Source: Mustelus asterias
Lineage: Eukaryota
Direction of reading: 5' to 3'
NCBI RefSeq assembly: GCF_964213995.1
Contig: NW_027590122.1
Coordinates: 1,922,001-1,986,000, forward strand
Length of the DNA stretch: 64,000 nucleotides
Part shown: piece after piece, positions 12,447 to 25,381 of the stretch
How the letters are laid out: each line of letters opens with the position of its first letter
Numbering within the stretch: position 1 is the first letter of the stretch
The notes under the pieces: model-generated
Told to the model about the DNA's origin: nothing
Databases searched by the model: none
What the model saw: the letters and a program-made list of their open reading frames with translations, nothing else
Made by a program: the position numbers and the translations under genes

Positions 12447-12790
12447 GTTCTGTCTCACGTTGCCTCTTTTTCCAAACACTCCCTCCCTATACACAACACC
12501 TGTCCAAAATAGGTGAGCTTCCGGGATGTGAGAGCCTCAAACAGGTTCCGGTGAACACCAGCTTTCTCCAGCACCCACTCATTCATCCACTTTGCCGTCC
12601 ATGACACACGCAATATCCGTCGGAGTCCTTTCATTTCAAACACTTTTATTGGCGGCTCATCACTCTTCCCAATGGTCCAGCTTTCAGACACACATTGGCA
12701 CCGGCCACACAAGGGCTTTCAGAAGACGAATGTTCATTGTAACCGAGTTGCTGTGGGTGCTCCACACTGTTTTCACAACACCATGACTCT
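12447..12790 (-). mobile_element. RTE-clade LINE 3' fragment
   Basis: FEMKGLRRILRVSWTA..NEWVLEKAG..RKLTYFG motif typical of the RTE/BovB C-terminus. Confidence 0.8.
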
Positions 12791-13029
12791 TAATTCTGAC
12801 CTGAATTTGATAGATTCTGCATTTACTACTGCACTGGAACTAAAATAAATATATTTGTCTCTGTTCCACTGAGTCTACAGCACAGGGCCAGGCCAGTCGG
12901 CTGAATTGGTCTGTGTCAGTATTTATGCTCCACATGAGCCTCCACCCACCCCTCTTCATCTCCCCCCATCAGCATATCCTTCTATTCCTTTCTCCCTCAT
13001 GTATGTATCTAACTTCGAGTGCAGATGGG

Positions 13030-13520
13030 ACACGGAATCCCTTTTCACATTCCCCACATTTCCATGGTTTTGCCGTGTCTCTCCAGGTTGGACAATCAGT
13101 CAAAGCCTCGTCCACACACACAACACGTGGACAGTTTTTCCTCGCTGTGAACAGTGTGGTGTTTTTTTCAGGCTGTGTAATTGGTCAAAGGTCTTTCCAG
13201 TCAGTTCACTGGGACACACTCACCTGGATGTCTGTGTCTCTGTGTTTTTCTGTCACACTGATGTTTGAAAACTTCAGAAGGTGACAGAACAGACAAGATT
13301 TCTTCTTCTAGGTTCAAATCAAATGATTTTCAGGTTCTGATGAATCAAACGCTTCTGTCAAATCTTGACCTGTTTTGTTTGAGATTTTTGTCTGAAAACC
13401 CTTCCCTTTAAATATCCTGGAAAAGGAGTTTGCAAAAGTTATCACTGCAAGTACAGGATAGAAATTCAGAATAAACAGTTCTAATTTATGTTGAAAATTC
13501 TTTCCTATTTCCAAAAACCA
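13030..13520 (-). pseudogene. ZNF leader fragment truncated in the first finger
   Basis: Acceptor block, fossil fingers and KPWKCGECEKGF, then repeat DNA. Confidence 0.75.
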
Positions 13521-14169
13521 CGACATCCCCATCGGATATACTTTCCCCCCTCCATCCTCACTCTGCTCCCATCCTCACTCTGCTCTTCCAAATATTCACC
13601 TTCCTAATTCTCCTGGTGGTGCTAATTCATGCTGATTGACAGAAAAAGTCTCCTGTTCTGGGCAAAGAGACCCAAAATTTTCATTGATGCTGCTGGACTC
13701 TCTCTCTCTCTCGTATATATATATATATATATAAAGTAAATCTCAACATTTTGTGGTGTAAAAATGCATTTAGACTGTATTACAGTATTACATAATTAGA
13801 AATGAAGAAAGTTTATGAACAAGAACATTATCTAAGCAGTGAGGGCTATGACTTGGAACTCACTGCCGACACAGAAAGTATATGTGGAGATGATCAGTGA
13901 TTTCAAAATGAAATTGGATGGACAATTGAAAGAAATAAACTTGCAGCGGAACAGTGAAGTAGAGGGAGAAGTGGATTGCTCGAGTCAACGTGGATTTGAG
14001 TTGTCGAATGGAATCTTTCTATGCCATAATGACACTTTAAAGTAATAAATTACGCAGCCATGAGCTGCAAGACTATATCTAAGTGTGATAAATAAGGACT
14101 ATATAACTATAGTCTTTAACTGTGTGCTATATAACAACCAGAGTGACGGATATTTCAGGGACACAGACA

Positions 14170-14800
14170 TGACCATGCATGCGCTCTGTTGCCCAAGATG
14201 GTGGTCGCTAACCTAGAATCATAGAATCCTACAGTGCAGAAGGAGGCCATTCAGCCCATTGAGTCTGCAGGTCCTATCCCCATATAACCCCATGCATTTA
14301 CCCGAGCTCGTCCCCCTGATACTAAGGGGCAATTTATCATGGCCAATCCACCTAATCCACACATCTTTGGACTGTGGGAGGAAACCGGAGCACCCGGAGG
14401 AAACCCACACAGACAGTGACCCAAGCCGGGAATCGAACCCGGGTCCCTTGTGCTGTGAGGCAGCAGTGCTGACCACTGTGCCACCTGGGCCAGTGCCCAG
14501 GAATGAATCCCCGGAGCTGCAATCTCGACTCTCATTCTGGGCTTGCGGCCTCCGGCGGGTGTTTGTGAAGCCTCCGCTCCCCCCACCCCAGCCAGTCTCC
14601 CGGCTCCATTCCTCCCTCCGCCCGACCGACTCTCACCCGCTGGAAAAAGAAGCTCCCGCACTCGCGGAACTCTGAACAAAGTGACACTGCGCATGCTCCG
14701 GATACAGCAAGGCGCCTGCGCACTGGACTCCTGTGGAGTGAATAGGGCACTTGTAGGGCCGCAGGGAATGGTGGGTAATAGCACGGCCATTGAATTGACA
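14170..14800 (-). promoter_or_regulatory. CpG promoter/exon 1 (inverted paralog of 51100-51460) interrupted by a SINE
   Basis: TGCGCATGCTCC and CAAGATGGTGG (decayed YY1); long homology to the reverse complement of 51.1-51.46 kb. Confidence 0.7.
14213..14484 (-). mobile_element. HE1-like SINE
   Basis: tRNA A/B boxes and tail on the minus strand. Confidence 0.9.
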
Positions 14801-15084
14801 TACCGGAGATAAAATCAGTGTTACCAAATGAAGACAAATTAACAAATACACGAAGATTCTTTATTATTTAATTTCTTCCACCCTCTAACCTACCCTTGAT
14901 GATCTTCTTTGCCCCATCCCATCCATTATATTAACAGTTCAATGGGAGATGAAGTAATGCTATTGGAAAGACCAATGTCATTATCTTAAGTCACCACTAC
15001 AAATTCCGTTCCCTAACTACCAAGTCCATCCCTATGGGGTAATATTGAGATACATTTCCCTGTGTTCGTCAAGCCAGGAGTCTT

Positions 15085-16410
15085 TATTCCCAAGCGAGAA
15101 AGAGATAAGTGGACATATTAATGAGAGGCAACATGGTTTTGTGAAGGGGAGGTCGTGTCTCACTAACTTGATCGAGTTTTTGTAGGAAGTGACGAAGATG
15201 ATTGATGAGGGTAGGGCAGTGGATGTTGTCTACATGCACTTCAGTAAGGCCTTTGACAAGGTCCCTCATGGCAGACTGGTGCAGAAGGTGAAATCACATT
15301 GGATCAGAGGTGAGCTGGCAAGGTGGATACAGAACTGGCTCGGTCATAGAAGACAAATGGTAGCAGTGGAAGGGTGCGTTTCTGAATGGAGGGCTGTGAC
15401 AGGAATCAGTGCTGGGACCTTTGCTGTTTGTAATATATATAAATATAAATGATTTGGAAGGAAATGTAACTGAATTGATTAGTAAGTTTGCAGACGACAC
15501 AAAGGTTGGTGGATTTGCGGATAGCGGTGAGGACCATCAGAGGATACAGCAGGATATAGATTGGTTGGAGACTTGGGTGAAGAGATGGCAAATGGAGTTT
15601 AATCTGGACAAATGTGAGATAATGCATTTTGGAAGATCTAATACAGATAGAAATATACAGTAAATGGCTGAACTCTTTAGAGTATTGATAGGCAGAGGGA
15701 TCTGGGTGTACAGGTACACAGGTCACTGAAAGTGGCAACGCAGGTGGAGAAGGTAGTCAAGAAGGCATACGGCATGCTTGCCTTCATCGGCCGGGGCATT
15801 GAGTTTAAAAATTGGCAAATCATGTTGCAGCTTTATATAATCTTAGTTAGGCCGCACTTGGAATATAGTGTTCAATTCTGGTCGCCACACTACCAGAAGG
15901 ATGTGAAGGCTTTGGAGAGGGTACATAAAAGATTTACCAGGATGTTGCTGGCATGGAGAGCATTAGCTATGAGGAGAGATTGGAGAAACTTGGTTTGTTC
16001 TCACTGGAGCGATGGAGGTTAAAGGGCGACCTGATAGAAGTCTACAAAATTATGAGGGGCTTGGACAGAGTGGATAGTCAGAAGCTTTTTCCCAGGGTGA
16101 AAGAGTCAATTACTAAGGGGCAAAGGTTTAAGGTGCGAGGGGCAAACTTTAAAGGAGATGTACGAGGCAAGTTTTCTTTTTACACAGAGGGTGGTGGGTG
16201 CCTGGAACTCGCTGCCGGAGGAGGTAGTGGCAGCAGATACGATTGTGACTTTTAAGGGGTGTCTTGACAAATACATGAATAGGATGGGAATAGAGGGATA
16301 CGGTCCCCAGAAGGGTAGGGAGCTTTAGTTCAGATGGGCAGCATGGTCGGTGCAGGCTTGGAGGGCCAAAGGGCCTGTTCCTGTGCTGTAATTTTCTTTG
16401 TTCTTTCTTT
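15085..16410 (+). mobile_element. CR1 LINE 3' half (frameshifted RT and 3'UTR)
   Basis: FSKAFDKVPH, LGPLLF, SKFADDTK, FWSPHY; TTCTTTG tail. Confidence 0.93.
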
Positions 16411-16696
16411 GTAGATACACACAGAACGATTCCTATAATATGTAATACATTTCTGAAGTTTTCATTAGGTTATTAGACTGTGATTTCTTACAAATCTCCC
16501 ATCTTGAGAAAGGATTAGCTTCACTGTCTACTCAAAAACTGATTTCTGAATAACCCAGCGATTCTAAGTTACAAGCTTGTTTTCCTAATTTCTTGATTAC
16601 ATTCCATAGACAAGAAAACTAAAGGTACTAGAATGATCAGAATCAGCAACACAAACCCTTGAGTTGTCACCAGAAATAAAAGTAAACACTTTGCCG

Positions 16697-17546
16697 TATT
16701 ATAATTGAAGTCAGAAACTCCAAAGTATTTATGAAGTCAGCCTGGACCACAGGTTTTGCAGTTTGAATTTGGCTGGGGTAAACATACCTGCAGTGAAACA
16801 TTGTATGATTCAAATGACTCACTGGGGAGATTTTATCAAACAAAGTTTATTTAAGAATACAGTTTACACATAGAAAGAAAATTAGCAATCGCTTTTGCCA
16901 ATTACAAACAAGAAAACAACCATGATATTGTAGAAACCTTAACAACTAAATGCATTGTTCCAATACGACAAACCTCCCTACAAACATACACCTGTCACAG
17001 GTTTAGCACAGAAAATAAGAATGTTCATGTGATTCTGGAAATTAGTCCTTTGGTTGGAGAATTGAAATTCTGACTTCACCATTCCGGAAACTCCCAGCAC
17101 CTTGAGGTAGAGATAAAGCCACAGCTGGCATTACCCAGCAAATCACCAACATCAGGATCTTTCACTCCAGGATGGCAAGAAAAACTGCTTCCAATATAGC
17201 AGAATTTCTAATATCAAGGAGAGAGAACAGAAATACTGCCTTTCAGTCTGGAGTCCAAACACCTTCTAACTAACCAGCAACCAAAACTGAAAGTAAGAAC
17301 TCTTGGGAGAGAGAAAAAAAAACCTGTCCAACCTGACCTGTCAATCATTCTTCCCACAACACTCAAACTCACAAAGTGCATTGAGCCCAGATTAAAGAGA
17401 AACAAAAACCCATTCAAACCATTTAAGCAGCAATAAAAGCACACACAAACATTCAGCCAATGCCACAATGAAAAACAAAGGCCTGCTCCCAAACTGCAGA
17501 AAACATGATTTAAAAATACAGTTCTTAAATGCACAGTAACATCACA
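16697..17546 (-). mobile_element. Possible solo LTR
   Basis: Minus strand begins TGTGATG at 17546 and has AATAAA near 16850; non-coding; left end and target-site duplication unclear. Confidence 0.4.
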
Positions 17547-18785
17547 CCAGTAAATGTGACAATCATCGACTTTGATTCATCCTCCCCATCTGCAGATAAT
17601 CTCACACAATTCTAAATTATTGACGAGTTGTAAATACATCTGGTTCAAACATTCAAGCACAAACTTCAAAGGTTCTCCAGCTCTCTGCTCACCTGCATCC
17701 ACCTTGTGGATATTTTCAAAAGCCAGATTTAGATCACTCTTCAGCTTAAGTTTACTCCCTCTGATGTGTGTTTCATTCTATCCTGATTGTTTTAAAGTCA
17801 GTTTCTCTGCAAAATATGCCAATATCTTGACAAATTAAAATATCTTCCCATTCTACTGACAATGTTAAGCACTCAATGTTGTTCTGTTGTCGAATAGCTG
17901 AACACCCCTGTTCCTCAATGCAGTGGCACATGTTAGTTACACCACATGTGACATATCACATCTGCACACTCACACTGGTATCCCAAAGGATGCTCCATGT
18001 ACCATCTGAGACACCCATTCCTAGATTTTCAAGTGATCGCAAGGAAGTGTCTATATGAAAATGTTTGCTTATCTCTCTCTCTGTATGGTTCCAATGTCTT
18101 CAGGCAGAGGCCAGGTTATCTGATTCAGTTTGTTTTAAAGTTCACAAGCAAGGATACAAACACCTCCAAGAGAAAACTATTACTTGACTCATCTCCACTT
18201 TCCTGACTTCTACAAGAACGTACGTGGATATCCTGTTTGTCTATTCCATTGAACTAGACTCAGAGTGAATTACTTCAATTCCCATTTGCTGGTGTGAATT
18301 TTTTCCATGTTTGATTCCAAATGGGGCTTCCCTTTCTCCCGCTTTCAGGAGAATGCGGAAACCTTTCTGTCCAATTGAACACTCACACAATAGTGTATTT
18401 TGAGATCAGAGGCAGAAGTACAGGTAGTTGTATCAGTTTGGGGTAACGCTCATATCTCCCATTCTCAGGAGCTTTGATTTAAATGATAACAAATGGGATG
18501 AAGTCAAATCTTCAAAAAGCAGAATCTTTGGTTTAAGTTGTCACCGTGCTGCCTGATTGTAAAAGGGTGAAGCAAATATTCCAATTATGTCAACTTTATT
18601 TTCAGATCAAAGGTGAACCAAACACCATTTTGATCTTTGTGTTTCCAATTATTTTGGCATTTTTTCTCAGTTTTTCCAAAATGTTTTTTTCTTCATTCTT
18701 CAAGTGTCTTTCCAAATAAATATATTATAACTCAAGGAAAATTAAACCACAAAAGTGCGTTTTCACAGGTAAATGTCAACCTTCT

Positions 18786-19656
18786 AAGGTGGGGTTGTGG
18801 ATAGCCTGGAGGGATGTCAGAAGTTACAGAGGGACATAGATAGGATGCAAGACTGGGCGGACAAGTGGCAGATGGGCTTCAACCCAGATAAATGCATCGT
18901 GGTCCATTTTGGTAGGTCAAATGGGATGAAGGAGTACAATATAAAGGGAAAGACTCTTAGTACTGTAGAGGATCAGAAGGACCTTGGGGTCCGGGTCCAT
19001 AGGACTCTGAAATCGGCCCGCAGGTGGAGGAGGTGGTTAAGAAGGCGTATGGTGTGCTGGCCTTTATCAATCGAGGGACTGAGTTTAGGAGTCCGGGGAT
19101 AATGATGCAGCTATATAAGACCCTCGTCAGACCCCACTTGGAGTACTGTGCTCAGTTCTGGTCGCCTCACTATAGGAAGGATGTGGAAAAGATTGAAAGG
19201 GTGCAGAGGAGATTTACAAGGATGTTGCCTGGATTGAGTGGCATGCCTTATGAGGATAGGCTGAGGGAGCTCAGTCTTTTCTCCTTGGAGAGACGAAGGA
19301 TGAGAGGAGACCTAATAGAGGTGTATAAGATGTTGGGAGGCATAGATCGGGTGGACTCTCAGAGGCTTTTTCCCAGGGTGGAAATGTCTGCTACGAGAGG
19401 ACACAGGTTTAAGGTGCTGGGGGGTAGGTACAGGGGAGATGTTAGGGGTAAGGTTTTCACACAGAGGGTGGTGGGCGAGTGGAATCGGCTGCCGTCAGTG
19501 GTGGTGGAGGCGAACTCAATAGGGTCTTTTAAGAGACTCCTGGATGAGTACATGGAGCTTAATAGGATGGAGGGTTATGGGTAGGTCTAGAAGGTAGGGA
19601 TGTGTTCGGCACAACTTGTGGGCCGAAGGGCCTGTTTGTGCTGTAGTTTTTCTATG
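18786..19656 (+). mobile_element. CR1 LINE 3' portion
   Basis: ORFs 18797-19102 and 19024-19584 encode the RT C-terminus; TTTCTATG tail. Confidence 0.93.
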
Positions 19657-19879
19657 TCAGAAAGAGTTAAAGAGGGTGGAGCTTCCCTCAGCCTGTGAGC
19701 TCCGAAGTACAACTTCAAAGCTTAAGTTAAGAATCAAACATTTTGGTGCCTTTTCCAATTGTACAAGTAAATTGTAATTCACACCGAAAGGTTCACTTTC
19801 ACTCAGTAATTACAACATTTCACTTTTCTCAGCACAGGAGCTGGCAACATTTTAGATTCAATACTAATTGTTCACTCCT

Positions 19880-20830
19880 CTTGTCGCTGGTGTGTGGAGA
19901 AGATCATGTTCACTGGAGCTCTGTCAGGACAGAAACCGCACTGTGCTTCTGGATACACTCAGTCTGCAAATAGCTGGAGTCGTTTAAACATGACCCTAGT
20001 GAAGGCCTTCCCAGTGATGCGAAGGAGTGAGATGTTCCTGTAGTTGTTGCAATCTCCTCTGTCACTGCATGTTTTGCATATTGTGAAAATTTTTGTGTCA
20101 CGTATCTCCTGTGGAACAGGCCCTACCTCCCAACAGAGAAGCTGGAGGTTATGAAGATGTGGCAGCGATGGGACTTTCCGTGTCTGAACAGTTCAGCTGG
20201 AACTCATCCTTGCTGGGAGCCTTTCTGCTTGTTCCGCAATCAATGGCCTTTTCCAGCTCAAGTGATGAGGATTCCTCGTCCAACTCAACCATGACAGGAA
20301 GCTGCAGTAGAATCAAACAGAGACTGGGAGGTATCCGTCTCACGGGAGTACAGCTCACAGTCGTGTTCAACCCAGTGGGACATCGGTTTACTTCTATTGG
20401 TGAGAACTTCACCATCTGCCGATTTCAGGGGAACAATTTGGTGATTGTAGGACAAAGCATCATATTCATCCCATCATACATAGCACAGAGATATTCATTA
20501 TCACAGGCAGTTTGGAATTATTGGTGTAGGATTGTCCGGTGTTTATTGACAGAGTATCTCACTGTTTTCAGAATTTCTGATGCAATGTTCCAGCTGTTGG
20601 GTTTATGTTGAGCATCAGGTTGGCTTTGCTTTTTGCTTCAATGACAGGTGTCATCTCTGCTGAGTGGGTCTCAAACCAGTCTGTTGTGGGAGCCACCTTT
20701 ACCAAATGTTGCTGCTGCTGTGTCAGAAATGAGTGAACTCAGAGACCTCCAAGTTTCATCAACTTCAATATTGATTGTTAAGGATTTTATGTAAGATTTA
20801 ACTGTGCCTGTAGAATATTTCACTATTTTA
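19880..20830 (-). mobile_element. Degraded RTE-clade LINE (linker and start of RT)
   Basis: LPVMVELDEE..ELEKAID...KAPSKD and DETWRSL..AAAATFGK relics. Confidence 0.7.
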
Positions 20831-21173
20831 TGTTCCTTCATATTTAATTTCATAATGGACGTGTCACTGTGAAGACGTCAGTCAGAATTGTCAGCAAGGA
20901 TTAATCAGGACTTTCTAATTGGAGATGTTAATCAGTGGAACCTCTCACACACTGATTTGCATCAAAGATTAATTTAGGATTGAAGTAAAGTTCATCATTT
21001 TATGTTGAACAGGTTCTTGTTAAGGATTCTTGAATTTAGGGGAAAGATCACAGAAGGTGTTTTTAAAAAGGGACATTGCAGCTCCGAAAATCAGTGATAT
21101 CTCCAGAATATTAAACTCCAGCTACTTATAGGGATGTTAATATCAGCAAAATCGAACCAATATTATCAGACTA

Positions 21174-21976
21174 TCAATCCTGGCTGTGATTAAAAGCAGA
21201 ATCCAATCCTTGCAGTCTATTATGAATTTGCTGGTGTCTCAGCAGGCTGGAGGACCTTGTGAATGCCTTTCCACACAAGGAGCAGGTGAAAGGCCTCTCC
21301 CCAGAGTGAGTGCGTCGGTGAGTCAGGAGGTTGGATGACTGCTTGAAACTCTTTCCACAGGTACTGCAGCTGAATGGATTCTCCTGAGTGTGAGTGCGGT
21401 GGTGGGACTGGAGGGTGAATAACCGAGTGAATCCCTTCCCACACACCGAGCAGGTGAATGGTCTCTCCCCAGTGTGAAGTCGCTGGTGTCTCACCAGATC
21501 AAATGACTGGGAGAATTTCTTCCCACACACGGAGCAGGTGAACGGTCTCTCCCCGGTGTGAGTGCGTTGGTGAGCAGTCAGGGTGGATGACTGCCCGAAA
21601 CTCTTTCCACAAGAAGTGCAGCTGAACGGTTTCTCCTCAGTGTGAATTCGCTGATGTGTCCAAAGGCCGGATGACCGAGTGAATCTCTCACCGCACACAG
21701 AGCAGGTGAATGGCTTCACCCCAGTGTGAATCCGCTGGTGTGTAGCGAGACTGGATGTGCTGTTGAACCTCTTCCCACAGTGAGTGCAGCTGAAGGGCCT
21801 CTCCTCAGTGTGAATTCTCTGGTGTAACATCAGGTATGTTGTCTTGGTAAATCCCTTTCCACACACACAGAACAGACGAATGGCTTCTCCCCAGTGTGAC
21901 TGCGTTGATGGATTTCCAGTCGGAATAAAGACTTGAATCCTTTACCACAGTCCCCACATTTCCAAGGTTTCTCCAT
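21174..21976 (-). pseudogene. C2H2 ZNF gene with 9 fingers and a +2 frameshift in finger 2
   Basis: [13 protein letters not shown] at 21976; extra TG unit in the TCTGTGTGTGTGG run at about 21860-21870; the rest of the frame is open to 21174. Confidence 0.8.
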
Positions 21977-22993
21977 GGTGCCAGTGTCCTTGTGTCTCTC
22001 CAGGTTAGATGATCAGTTGAAACCTCGTCCTTGCAGATAACACATGTACAGTTTCTCCCCGCTGTGAATGGTGTGATGTTTTCTCAGGCTGTGTCACTGG
22101 TTAAAGCTCTTTCCACAGTCAGTTCACTGGAACACTCTCACTCGGGTGTGTGTGTCTCGGTGTTTTTCCAGTTGCACTGATGTTTAAAATCTTCAAGAGA
22201 TAAACATTTCTCCTTCCACATTCACAGATTGATGAATGATCGATTGACTCAAACCAAAATGTTTGTTTTGAGTTTTGCATCTACAAATCTTTCCCTTGTT
22301 AATACCTGGAAAAAGAGTTTACAAAATTAATCACGGTCAGTCCAGGATAGAAATTCTGAACAGACAATTCTAGTTTTGTTTTTGGAACATTTTTTCCTCT
22401 CGTTTCCTCCAAATCTGTAAATCCCCATCTCACACACTCTCCCCCGTCCCTGGGCTGAAATCCAAACCCATCTCACCCTCTCCACCAATTCTTTTCTCCA
22501 CTCAGTTTTCTCCCTCCCTCCACTCTGTCTGGGTTCAGCTCTCACGCCCCTCTGTGCAGAATTGTTTTCTCTCCTGGTCACTGAGACCCTGAAGGCTCAC
22601 GCACCCTCTGCTTCACTGTTACTGATGGCTGAAGGGACCAATCCGTGAGAGGCAGGTTTTGCCACGAGTGAAGCGGTTCTCAGGTCTGGTTGTGGGTTGT
22701 TGTTTTCAGTGTTGGCTCTTGTTGCTGAGCCACTGGAGTGACCTTCCTCCATCCTGTGAATGTACCTGAGCTGGAAAAGTCACCTCCACTTGATGGGAAC
22801 CCATCACCTTTGGGAGACAATGAATTGTAGATTTTGCATCAAAGATCAATTTAGGATTGAAGTAAAAAGTTCATAATTTTATTGCTACCAAGTTTCTGTT
22901 GACAGTTCTTTAATTCAGCTGAAAGATCACAGATAGTGCCTTTAAAAAGGGACATCTCCAGATTATTAAACTTCAGCCAGTTGTAGGGTTGTT

Positions 22994-24085
22994 AAGAAGT
23001 TTAACAACACCAGGTTAAAGTCCAACAGGTTTATTTGGTAGCAAAAGCCACACAAGCTTTCGGAGCTCCAAGCCCCTTCTTCAGGTGAGTGGGAATTCTG
23101 TTCACAAACAGGGCATATAAAGACACAAACTCAATTTACAGAATAATGGTTGGAATGCGAATACTTACAGCTAATCAAGTCTTAAAGGTACAAACAATGT
23201 GAGTGGAGAGAGCACCAAGACAGGTCAAAGAGATGTGTATTGTCTCCAGACAGGACAGCCAGTGAAATTCCGCAAGTCCAGGCAAGCTGTGGGGATTACA
23301 GATCGTGTGACATGAACCCAATATCCCGGTTGAGGCCGTCCTCATGTGTGCGGAACTTGGCTACCAGTTTCTGCTCAGCGACTCTGCGCCGTCGTGTGTC
23401 GTGAAGGCCGCCTCGGAGAACGCTTACCCGAATATCAGAGGCTGAATGCCCGTGACCGCTGAAGTGCTCCCCAACAGGAAGAGAACAGTCTTGCCTGGTG
23501 ATTGTCGAGCGGTGTTCATTCATCCATTGTCGTAGCGTAGCGTCATGGTTTTCCCAATGTACCATGCCTCGGGACATCCTTTCCTGCAGCGTATCAGGTA
23601 GACAACGTTGGCCGAGTTGCAAGAGTATGTACCATGTACCTGGTGGATGGTGTTCTCACGTGAGATGATGGCATCCGTGTCAATGATCCGGCACGTCTTG
23701 CAGAGGTTGCTGTACCAGGGTTGTGTGGTGTCATGGTCACTGTTCTCCTGAAGGCTGGGTAGTTTGCTGCGGACAATGATCTGTTTGAGGTTGTGCGGTT
23801 GTTTGAAGGCAAGAAGTGGGGGTGTGGCCTTGGCGAGATGTTCCTCTTCATCAATGACATGTTGAAGGCTCTGGAGGAGATGCGGGGAAGCTACGGCATC
23901 TCCTCCAGAGCCTTCAACATGTCATTGATGAAGACGAACATCTCGCCAAGGCCATCCCCACACCCCCGCCCCCCCACAGTCACTGACACCAATCTCCTCC
24001 TGTCTGATATAAACCCTGTGGCTGTGGCTTTTGCTACCAAATAAACCTGTTGGACTTTAACCTGGTGTTGTGAGACTTCTTACTG
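22994..24085 (-). mobile_element. Penelope-like retroelement, 5'-truncated, with GIY-YIG endonuclease remnant and inverted terminal piece
   Basis: VVYLIRC...WYIG plus LRQWMNEHR..PVGEHF..GLNRD; terminal repeat at 22994-23090 and inverted copy at 24018-24085. Confidence 0.9.
23051..23087 (-). ncRNA. Minimal hammerhead ribozyme of the Penelope terminal repeat, core intact
   Basis: CAC-CUGAAGA-A-GGGGCU-UGG-AGCUCC-GAA-AGCU-U-GUG: stem I CAC/GUG, 6-bp stem II, palindromic AGCU stem III. Confidence 0.75.
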
Positions 24086-24754
24086 TGATATAAACCCCAC
24101 AGTCACTGACACCAATCCCCTCCCCTCAGTTAATTTGATTTAGTTTACTTGTTTACTCAATAAGATTGATACCAATCTCTCCTATCTGATGATTTTGTAG
24201 CTAATTTTTCATAAAGGATATACACAAGTTTGTTATTTCAATTGGACCTGTCTTCATTCCCGGGCCGAGGGGATTTCTGTACCAGACGGGAGGGGTAACA
24301 TTTGGGAACGCTTGATTCTCCACCAATTCCCATTCCCCTTCTTTCTGGTGGATAATGGAGGTGTCGCTGTGTGTAATGTGCAGATCAGTAAGAATTGTCA
24401 ACAAGGATTAATCAGCACTTTCTAATTGGAGATGTTCATCAGTAGAACCTCTCAGACACTGAATTGTAGAGTTTGAATCAAAGATCAATTTAGGATTGAA
24501 GTAAAAGTTCAATATTTGTGGCAAACTGATTGCTGGTGGAATTCTCTGAATTCAGGGGAATGATCACCGACACATATTCTTAAAGGGAGGCTGCAGGTCC
24601 AAGAACACAATCAGCTAACTAACTAGAATCTTAAACTCCAGCCAGAACTATGGTTGGTAACATCAGAGAGACAAACCTGAATTGTCAGAATGAACATGGT
24701 TCAGTCCTGGGTATGATGAACGCCAGCAACATCAGTGGAATCCAAACCCTTCAG

Positions 24755-25381
24755 TCACTTGTGAACTTGCTGGTGTGTCAGCAGGTGGGCTCGCTGACTG
24801 AATCCCCTCTCACACACTGAACAGGTGAATGGCCTCTCCCGGGTGTGAATTCGCTGGTGTGTCAAAAGGTTGGATGAAGTTGTGAATCCTTTCTCACACA
24901 TGGAACAAACGAATGGTCTCTCGCCAGTGTGAACTCGCTGGTGTGTAAGCAGGTTTGATGAATTAGTGAATCGCTTCTCACACACAGAGCAGGTGAATGG
25001 CCTCTCCCTTGTGTGAACACGCTGGTGTGTCAGCAGCTGGGATAACTGAGTGAATCCCCTCCCACAAACAGAGCAGGTGAATGGCTTCTCTCCAGTATGA
25101 ACTCTCCAGTGTATCAGAAGCTCAGATGACTGAGTGAATCCCTTCCCACACACACAACAGGGGAACGGTCTCTCCCCTGTGTGAAATCGCTGGTGTCTCA
25201 GCAGAGTGGTGGACTGAGTGAATCCCTTCCCACATACAGAGCAGGTGAATGGTTTCTCTCCAGTGTGACTGCGTCGATGAATTTCCAGCAGGGATGGATA
25301 CTTGAATCCCTTTCCACAATCCCCACATTTACACGGTTTCTCTGTGGGGCTGGTATCCTTGTTTCTCTCCAGGTTGGTTGA
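24755..25381 (-). pseudogene. C2H2 ZNF reading frame with 7 intact fingers but no start ATG
   Basis: Frame open from the TGA at 25384-25382 to 24755; ACA at 25345 where paralogs have ATG. Confidence 0.65.

Noticed and set aside
13699-13732. (CT)n(AT)n tract
   Set aside because: Ordinary short microsatellite
20093-20611. 172-aa plus-strand ORF
   Set aside because: Antisense to a degraded RTE LINE
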